Assembly: GCF_009914755.1 (NCBI RefSeq)
Contig: NC_060940.1
Length of the DNA: 64,000 bases
Strand: one strand, 5' to 3'
Source of the DNA: the human T2T-CHM13v2.0 reference genome, Homo sapiens
Shown here: positions 55,279-64,000 of the stretch, in pieces
Layout: every line of letters starts with the position of its first letter
Position numbering within the stretch: the stretch's first letter is position 1
Notes under the pieces: model-generated
Database searches by the model: none
Seen by the model: only the letters and a program-made list of their open reading frames with translations
What the model was told of the DNA's origin: nothing
Translations under genes and position numbers: made by a program

Positions 55279-58200
55279 TTTTTCATGTAAGGTTAGACAG
55301 AGGAATTCCCAGTAACTTCCTTGTGTTGTGTGCATTCAACTCACAGAGTTGAATGATTCTTTACACAGAGCAGATTTGAGACACACTTTTGGTGGAATTT
55401 GTAAGTGGAGAATTCAGCCGCTTTGAGGTCAACGGTAGAAAAGGAAATATCTTCGTATAAAAACTAGAAAGAATGATTCTCAGAAACTGTTTTGTGATGT
55501 GTGCGTTCAACTCACAGAGTTTAACCTTTCTTTTCAAAGAGCAGTTAGGAAACACTCTGTTTGTAAAGTCTGCAAGTGGATATTCAGACCTCTTTGAAGC
55601 CTTCGTTGGAAACGGGATTTCATCATATTATGCTAGACAGATGAATTCTCAGTAACTTCCTTGTGTTGTGTGTATTCAACTCACAGAGTTGAACGATCCT
55701 TTACACAGAGCAGATTTGAAACACTGTTTTTCTGGAATTTGCAAGTGGAGATTTCAGCCGCTTTGAGGTCAATGGTAGAAAAGGAAATATCTTCGTATAA
55801 AAACTGGACAGAATGATTCTCAGAAACTCCTTTGTGATGTGTGCGTTCAACTCACAGAGTTTAACCTTTCTTTTCACAGAGCAGTTAGGAAACACTCTGT
55901 TTGTGAAGCCTGCCAGTGGATATTCGGACCTCTTTGAGGCCTTCGTTGGAAACGGGATTTCTTCATATTTTGCAAGACAGAAGATTTCTCAGTAACTTCT
56001 TTGTGTTGTGTGTATGCAACTCACAGAGTTCAACCTTCCTTTAGACAGAGCAGATTTGAAACACTCTTTTTGTGGAATTTGCAAGTGGAAATTTCAAGCG
56101 CATCGGTGCCAATGGTAGAAAAGGAAATATCTTCGTATAAAAACAAGACAAACTCGTTCCCAGACACTGCGTAGTGATGTGTGTGTTTAACTCACAGAGT
56201 TTAACCTTTCTTTTCATACAGCATTCTGGAAACCCTGTGTTTGTAAAGTCTGCAAGTGGATATTTGGACCTCTTAGATGCCTTCGTTGGAAACGGGATTT
56301 CTTCATATAATGCTAGAGGGAAGAATTCTTAGTAACTTCTTTGTGTTGTGTGTATTCAACTGACAGAGTTGAACCTTCCTTTAGACAGAGCAGATTTGAA
56401 AGTCTCTTTTTGTGGAATTTGCAAGTGGAGATTTCAAGCGCTTTGAGGCCAAAAGCAGAAAAGGAAATATTTTCCTATAAAAACTCGACAGAATCATTCT
56501 CAGAAACTGCTCTGTGATGTGTGCGTTCAACTCACAGAGTTTAACTTTTCTTTTCATTCAGCAGTTTGGAAACACTGTTTGGAAAGTCTGCACGTGGATA
56601 TTTTGACCTCTTTGAGGCCTTCGTTGGAAACGGGTTTTTTTCATGTAAGGCTAGACAGAAGAAATCTCAGTAACTTCCTTGTGTTGTGCGTATTCAACTG
56701 ACAGAGTTGAACCTTCCTTTAGACAGAGCAGATTCGAAACACTCTTTTTCTGCAATTTGCAAGTGGAGACTTCAAGCGCTTTGAGGCCAAAGGCAGAAAA
56801 GGAAATATCTTCGTATAAAAACCCGACAGAATCATTCTCAGAAACTGCTCTGTGATGTGTGCGTTCAACTCACAGAGTTTAACTTTTCTTTTCATTCAGC
56901 AGTTTGGAAACACTCTGTTTGTAAAGTCTGCAAGTGGATATCTTGGCCTCTTAGAGGCCTTCGTTGGAAACGGGTTTTTTCATGTAAGGATAGACAGAGG
57001 AATTCCCAGTAACTTCCTTGTGTTGTGTGCATTCAACTCACAGAGTTGAATGATTCTTTACACAGAGCAGATTTGAGACACTCTTTGGGTGGAATTTGTA
57101 AGTGGAGAATTCAGCCGCTTTGAGGTCAACGGTAGAAAAGGAAATATCTTCGTATAAAAACTAGACAGAATGATTCTCAGAAACTGTTTTGTGATGTGTG
57201 CGTTCAACTCACAGAGTTTAACCTTTCTTTTCAGAGAGCAGTTAGGAAACACTCTGTTTGTAAAGTCTGCAAGTGGATATTCAGACCTCTTTGAGGCCTT
57301 CGTTGGAAACGGGATTTCTTCATATTATGCTAGACAGATGAATTCTCAGTAACTTCCTTGTGTTGTGTGTATTCAACTCACAGAGTTGAACGATCCTTTA
57401 CACAGAGCAGATTTGAAACACTGTTTTTCTGGAATTTGCAAGTGGAGATTTCAGCCGCTTTGAGGTCAATGGTAGAAAAGGAAATATCTTCGTATAAAAA
57501 CTAGACAGAATGATTCTCAGAAACTCCTTTGTGATGTGTGCGTTCAACTCACAGAGTTTAACCTTTCTTTTCACAGAGCAGTTAGGAAACACTCTGTTTG
57601 TGAAGCCTGCCAGTGGATATTCGGACCTCTTTGAGGCCTTCGTTGGAAACGGGATTTCTTCATATTATGCTAGACAGAAGATTTCTCAGTAACTACTTTG
57701 TGTTGTGTGTATGCAACTCACAGAGTTCAACCTTCCTTTAGACAGAGCAGATTTGAAACACTCTTTTTGTGGAATTTGCAAGTGGAGATTTCAAGCGCTT
57801 CGATGCCAATGGTAGAAAAGGAAATATCTTCGTATAAAAACAAGACAAACTCGTTCCCAGACACTGCGTAGTGATGTGTGTGTTTAACTCACAGAGTTTC
57901 ACCTTTCTTTTCATACAGCATTCTGGAAACCCTCTGTTTGTAAAGTCTGCAAGTGGATATTTGGACCTCTTAGATGCCTTCGTTGGAAACGGGATTTCTT
58001 CATATAATGCTAGAGGGAAGAATTCTTAGTAACTTCTTTGTGTTGTGTGTATTCAACTGACAGAGTTGAACCTTCCTTTAGACAGAGCAGATTTGAAAGT
58101 CTCTTTTTGTGGAATTTGCAAGTGGAGATTTCAAGCGCTTTGAGGCCAAAAGCAGAAAAGGAAATATTTTCCTATAAAAACTCGACAGAATCTTTCTCAG

Positions 58201-58657
58201 AAACTGCTCTGGGATGTGTGCGTTCAACTCACAGAGTTTAACTTTTCTTTTCATTCAGCAGTTTGGAAACACTCTGTTTGGAAAGTCTGCACGTGGATAT
58301 TTTGACCTCTTTGAGGCCTTCGTTGGAAACGGGTTTTTTTCATGTAAGGCTAGACAGAAGAAATCTCAGTAACTTCCTTGTGTTGTGTGTATTCAACTGA
58401 CAGAGTTGAACCTTCCTTTAGACAGAGCAGATTCGAAACACTCTTTTTCTGCAATTTGCAAGTGGAGACTTCAAGCGCTTTGAGGCCAAAGGCAGAAAAG
58501 GAAATATCTTCGTATAAAAACCCGACAGAATCATTCTCAGAAACTGCTCTGTGATGTGTGCGTTCAACTCACAGAGTTTAACTTTTCTTTTCATTCAGCA
58601 GTTTGGAAACACTCTGTTTGTAAAGTCTGCAAGTGGATATCTTGGCCTCTTAGAGGC

Positions 58658-58674
58658 CTTCATTGGAAACGGGT
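58658..58674 (+). promoter_or_regulatory. Disrupted CENP-B box (TTCG to TTCA)
   Basis: CTTCATTGGAAACGGGT; CpG to CpA transition in the essential core. Confidence 0.88.
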
Positions 58675-61600
58675 TTTTTCATTTAAGGTTAGACAGAGGA
58701 ATTCCCAGTAACTTCCTTGTGTTGTGTGCATTCAACTCACAGAGTTGAATGATTCTTTACACAGAGCAGATTTGAGACACTCTTTTGGTGGAATTTGTAA
58801 GTGGAGAATTCAGCCGCTTTGATGTCAACGGTAGAAAAGGAAATATCTTCGTATAAAAACTAGACAGAATGATTCTCAGAAACTGTTTTGTGATGTGTGC
58901 TTTCAACTCACAGAGTTTAACCTTTCTTTTCAAAGAGCAGTTAGGAAACACTCTGTTTGTAAAGTCTGCAAGTGGATATTCAGACCTCTTTGAGGCCTTC
59001 GTTGGAAACGGGATTTCTTCATATTATGCTAGACAGATGAATTCTCAGTAACTTCCTTGTGTTGTGTGTATTCAACTCACAGAGTTGAACGATCCTTTAC
59101 ACAGAGCAGATTTGAAACACTGTTTTTCTGGAATTTGCAAGTGGAGATTTCAGCCGCTTTGAGGTCAATGGTAGAAAAGGAAATATCTTCGTATAAAAAC
59201 TAGACAGAATGATTCTCAGAAACTCCTTTGTGATGTGTGCGTTCAACTCACAGAGTTTAACCTTTCTTTTCACAGAGCAGTTAGGAAACACTCTGTTTGT
59301 GAAGCCTGCCAGTGGATATTCGGACCTCTTTGAGGCCTTCGTTGGAAACGGGATTTCTTCATATTATGCTAGACAGAAGATTTCTCAGTAACTTCTTTGT
59401 GTTGTGTGTATGCAACTCACAGAGTTCAACCTTCCTTTAGACAGAGCAGATTTGAAACACTCTTTTTGTGGAATTTGCAAGTGGAGATTTCAAGCGCTTC
59501 GATGCCAATGGTAGAAAAGGAAATATCTTCGTATAAAAACAAGACAAACTCGTTCCCAGACACTGCGTAGTGATGTGTGTGTTTAACTCACAGAGTTTCA
59601 CCTTTCTTTTCATACAGCATTCTGGAAACCCTGTGTTTGTAAAGTCTGCAAGTGGATATTTGGACCTCTTAGATGCCTTCGTTGGAAACGGGATTTCTTC
59701 ATATAATGCTAGAGGGAAGAATTCTTAGTAACTTCTTTGTGTTGTGTGTATTCAACTGACAGAGTTGAACCTTCCTTTAGACAGAGCAGATTTGAAAGTC
59801 TCTTTTTGTGGAATTTGCAAGTGGAGATTTCAAGCGCTTTGAGGCCAAAAGCAGAAAAGGAAATATTTTCCTATAAAAACTCGACAGAATCTTTCTCAGA
59901 AACTGCTCTGGGATGTGTGCGTTCAACTCACAGAGTTTAACTTTTCTTTTCATTCAGCAGTTTGGAAACACTCTGTTTGGAAAGTCTGCACGTGGATATT
60001 TTGACCTCTTTGAGGCCTTCGTTGGAAACGGGTTTTTTTCATGTAAGGCTAGACAGAAGAAATCTCAGTAACTTCCTTGTGTTGTGTGTATTCAACTGAC
60101 AGAGTTGAACCTTCCTTTAGACAGAGCAGATTCGAAACACTCTTTTTCTGCAATTTGCAAGTGGAGACTTCAAGCGCTTTGAGGCCAAAGGCAGAAAAGG
60201 AAATATCTTCGTATAAAAACCCGACAGAATCATTCTCAGAAACTGCTCTGTGATGTGTGCGTTCAACTCACAGAGTTTAACTTTTCTTTTCATTCAGCAG
60301 TTTGGAAACACTCTGTTTGTAAAGTCTGCAAGTGGATATCTTGGCCTCTTAGAGGCCTTCGTTGGAAACGGGTTTTTTCATGTAAGGTTAGACAGAGGAA
60401 TTCCCAGTAACTTCCTTGTGTTGTGTGCATTCAACTCACAGAGTTGAATGATTCTTTACACAGAGCAGATTTGAGACACTCTTTTGGTGGAATTTGTAAG
60501 TGGAGAATTCAGCTGCTTTGAGGTCAACGGTAGAAAAGGAAATATCTTCGTATAAAAACTAGACAGAATGATTCTCAGAAACTGTTTTGTGATGTGTGCG
60601 TTCAACTCACAGAGTTTAACCTTTCTTTTCAAAGAGCAGTTAGGAAACACTCTGTTTGTAAAGTCTGCAAGTGGATATTCAGACCTCTTTGAGGCCTTCG
60701 TTGGAAACGGGATTTCTTCATATTATGCTAGACAGATGAATTCTCAGTAACTTCCTTGTGTTGTGTGTATTCAACTCACAGAGTTGAACGATCCTTTACA
60801 CAGAGCAGATTTGAAACACTGTTTTTCTGGAATTTGCAAGTGGAGATTTCAGCCGCTTTGAGGTCAATGGTAGAAAAGGAAATATCTTCGTATAAAAACT
60901 AGACAGAATGATTCTCAGAAACTCCTTTGTGATGTGTGCGTTCAACTCACAGAGTTTAACCTTTCTTTTCACAGAGCAGTTAGGAAACACTCTGTTTGTG
61001 AAGCCTGCCAGTGGATATTCGGACCTCTTTGAGGCCTTCGTTGGAAACGGGATTTCTTCATATTATGCTAGACAGAAGATTTCTCAGTAACTTCTTTGTG
61101 TTGTGTGTATGCAACTCACAGAGTTCAACCTTCCTTTAGACAGAGCAGATTTGAAACACTCTTTTTGTGGAATTTGCAAGTGGAGATTTCAAGCGCTTCG
61201 ATGCCAATGGTAGAAAAGGAAATATCTTCGTATAAAAACAAGACAAACTCGTTCCCAGACACTGCGTAGTGATGTGTGTGTTTAACTCACAGAGTTTCAC
61301 CTTTCTTTTCATACAGCATTCTGGAAACCCTGTGTTTGTAAAGTCTGCAAGTGGATATTTGGACCTCTTAGATGCCTTCGTTGGAAACGGGATTTCTTCA
61401 TATAATGCTAGAGGGAAGAATTCTTAGTAACTTCTTTGTGTTGTGTGTATTCAACTGACAGAGTTGAACCTTCCTTTAGACAGAGCAGATTTGAAAGTCT
61501 CTTTTTGTGGAATTTGCAAGTGGAGATTTCAAGCGCTTTGAGGCCAAAAGCAGAAAAGGAAATATTTTCCTATAAAAACTCGACAGAATCTTTCTCAGAA

Positions 61601-64000
61601 ACTGCTCTGGGATGTGTACGTTCAACTCACAGAGTTTAACTTTTCTTTTCATTCAGCAGTTTGGAAACACTCTGTTTGGAAAGTCTGCACGTGGATATTT
61701 TGACCTCTTTGAGGCCTTCGTTGGAAACGGGTTTTTTTCATGTAAGGCTAGACAGAAGAAATCTCAGTAACTTCCTTGTGTTGTGTGTATTCAACTGACA
61801 GAGTTGAACCTTCCTTTAGACAGAGCAGATTCGAAACACTCTTTTTCTGCAATTTGCAAGTGGAGACTTCAAGCGCTTTGAGGCCAAAGGCAGAAAAGGA
61901 AATATCTTCGTATAAAAACCCGACAGAATCATTCTCAGAAACTGCTCTGTGATGTGTGCGTTCAACTCACAGAGTTTAACTTTTCTTTTCATTCAGCAGT
62001 TTGGAAACACTCTGTTTGTAAAGTCTGCAAGTGGATATCTTGGCCTCTTAGAGGCCTTCGTTGGAAACGGGTTTTTTCATGTAAGGTTAGACAGAGGAAT
62101 TCCCAGTAACTTCCTTGTGTTGTGTGCATTCAACTCACAGAGTTGAATGATTCTTTACACAGAGCAGATTTGAGACACTCTTTTGGTGGAATTTGTAAGT
62201 GGAGAATTCAGCTGCTTTGAGGTCAACGGTAGAAAAGGAAATATCTTCGTATAAAAACTAGACAGAATGATTCTCAGAAACTGTTTTGTGATGTGTGCGT
62301 TGAACTCACAGAGTTTAACCTTTCTTTTCAAAGAGCAGTGAGGAAACACTCTGTTTGTAAAGTCTGCAAGTGGATATTCAGACCTCTTTGAGGCCTTCGT
62401 TGGAAACGGGATTTCTTCATATTATGCTAGACAGATGAATTCTCAGTAACTTCCTTGTGTTGTGTGTATTCAACTCACAGAGTTGAACGATCCTTTACAC
62501 AGAGCAGATTTGAAACACTGTTTTTCTGGAATTTGCAAGTGGAGATTTCAGCCGCTTTGAGGTCAATGGTAGAAAAGGAAATATCTTCGTATAAAAACTA
62601 GACAGAATGATTCTCAGAAACTCCTTTGTGATGTGTGCGTTCAACTCACAGAGTTTAACCTTTCTTTTCACAGAGCAGTTAGGAAACACTCTGTTTGTGA
62701 AGCCTGCCAGTGGATATTCGGACCTCTTTGAGGCCTTCGTTGGAAACGGGATTTCTTCATATTATGCTAGACAAAAGATTTCTCAGTAACTTCTTTGTGT
62801 TGTGTATATGCAACTCACAGAGTTCAACCTTCCTTTAGACAGAGCAGATTTGAAACACTCTTTTTGTGGAATTTGCAAGTGGAGATTTCAAGCGCTTCGA
62901 TGCCAATGGTAGAAAAGGAAATATCTTCGTATAAAAACAAGACAAACTCGTTCCCAGACACTGCGTAGTGATGTGTGTGTTTAACTCACAGAGTTTCACC
63001 TTTCTTTTCATACAGCATTCTGGAAACCCTGTGTTTGTAAAGTCTGCAAGTGGATATTTGGACCTCTTAGATGCCTTCGTTGGAAACGGGATTTCTTCAT
63101 ATAATGCTAGAGGGAAGAATTCTTAGTAACTTCTTTGTGTTGTGTGTATTCAACTGACAGAGTTGAACCTTCCTTTAGACAGAGCAGATTTGAAAGTCTC
63201 TTTTTGTGGAATTTGCAAGTGGAGATTTCAAGCGCTTTGAGGCCAAAAGCAGAAAAGGAAATATTTTCCTATAAAAACTCGACAGAATCTTTCTCAGAAA
63301 CTGCTCTGGGATGTGTGCGTTCAACTCACAGAGTTTAACTTTTCTTTTCATTCAGCAGTTTGGAAACACTCTGTTTGGAAAGTCTGCACGTGGATATTTT
63401 GACCTCTTTGAGGCCTTCGTTGGAAACGGGTTTTTTTCATGTAAGGCTAGACAGAAGAAATCTCAGTAACTTCCTTGTGTTGTGTGTATTCAACTGACAG
63501 AGTTGAACCTTCCTTTAGACAGAGCAGATTCGAAACACTCTTTTTCTGCAATTTGCAAGTGGAGACTTCAAGCGCTTTGAGGCCAAAGGCAGAAAAGGAA
63601 ATATCTTCGTATAAAAACCCGACAGAATCATTCTCAGAAACTGCTCTGTGATGTGTGCGTTCAACTCACAGAGTTTAACTTTTCTTTTCATTCAGCAGTT
63701 TGGAAACACTCTGTTTGTAAAGTCTGCAAGTGGATATCTTGGCCTCTTAGAGGCCTTCGTTGGAAACGGGTTTTTTCATGTAAGGTTAGACAGAGGAATT
63801 CCCAGTAACTTCCTTGTGTTGTGTGCATTCAACTCACAGAGTTGAATGATTCTTTACACAGAGCAGATTTGAGACACTCTTTTGGTGGAATTTGTAAGTG
63901 GAGAATTCAGCTGCTTTGAGGTCAACGGTAGAAAAGGAAATATCTTCGTATAAAAACTAGACAGAATGATTCTCAGAAACTGTTTTGTGATGTGTGCGTT

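Larger units (their letters stand above)
1..64000 (+). repeat. Centromeric alpha-satellite HOR array; SF1 (J1/J2 dimeric) type, 1699-bp 10-mer HOR; most likely human chr16 D16Z2 / S1C16H1L
   Basis: Alphoid motifs occur in every ~170 bp (TTCAACTCACAGAGTT, GAAACACTCT, TGCAAGTGGA, TTCTCAGAAACT). Near-identical ORFs recur at 456, 2155, 3854 and so on, a 1699-bp step. The dimer closely matches the SF1 dimer as I recall it. D16Z2 is the known SF1 1.7-kb 10-mer. The alpha-satellite call is essentially certain; the chromosome assignment is from memory (about 0.85). Confidence 0.97.

Noticed and set aside
61610-62345. Three private substitutions (GTGTACG, TTGAACTC, CAGTGAGG)
   Set aside because: Too few to distinguish from background mutation or consensus error.
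456-63845. About 230 repeated 60-67 aa ORFs on both strands
   Set aside because: They are chance open frames in satellite monomers that recur with the repeat period, and many begin at non-ATG codons. I recognise no domains or gene structure. I used them only as variant markers.
1-64000. CRISPR-like appearance (conserved motif at regular spacing)
   Set aside because: The intervening sequences are themselves homologous repeats, not unique spacers. There are no cas genes and the motif is the CENP-B box.
1-64000. Transposon insertion, inversion or non-alphoid island
   Set aside because: All unit spacings are explained by 1699, 1359 or 1019 bp with small deletions, leaving no room for inserts. 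All boxes are on the + strand. I saw no poly-A tail, Alu or L1 sequence.
1-64000. Assignment to other SF1 arrays (chr1/5/19, 3, 6, 7, 10, 12)
   Set aside because: As I recall, their canonical HORs are not 10-mers. Chr16 fits best, but this needs alignment to HOR-specific models.

Overview
The whole 64 kb window is one uninterrupted, head-to-tail array of primate centromeric alpha satellite, almost certainly human. The ~171-bp monomers alternate A-type and B-type and form ~340-bp dimers of suprachromosomal family 1 (J1/J2) type, with a CENP-B box in every second monomer. Five dimers form a 1699-bp 10-monomer higher-order repeat (HOR), which by size and family best fits the active chromosome 16 array D16Z2 (S1C16H1L). 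There are 38 complete HOR units: 35 10-mers, two 8-mers and one 6-mer. I saw no genes, mobile elements or inversions, and the ORFs in the track are artefacts of the repeat. I found no new gene system. The interesting signal is the array's recombination history: (1) all HOR deletion junctions map onto CENP-B boxes; (2) there are nested super-HOR duplications at 3.4, 9.85 and 10.2 kb; (3) a diverged haplotype island lies at about 52-57.7 kb; (4) four CENP-B boxes are disrupted; (5) variants recur at the same position in different monomers. Dimers are numbered D1-D5 by their CENP-B boxes (223, 563, 902, 1242 and 1582 in the first unit). All variant calls were made by eye and with the ORF track, not with an aligner.
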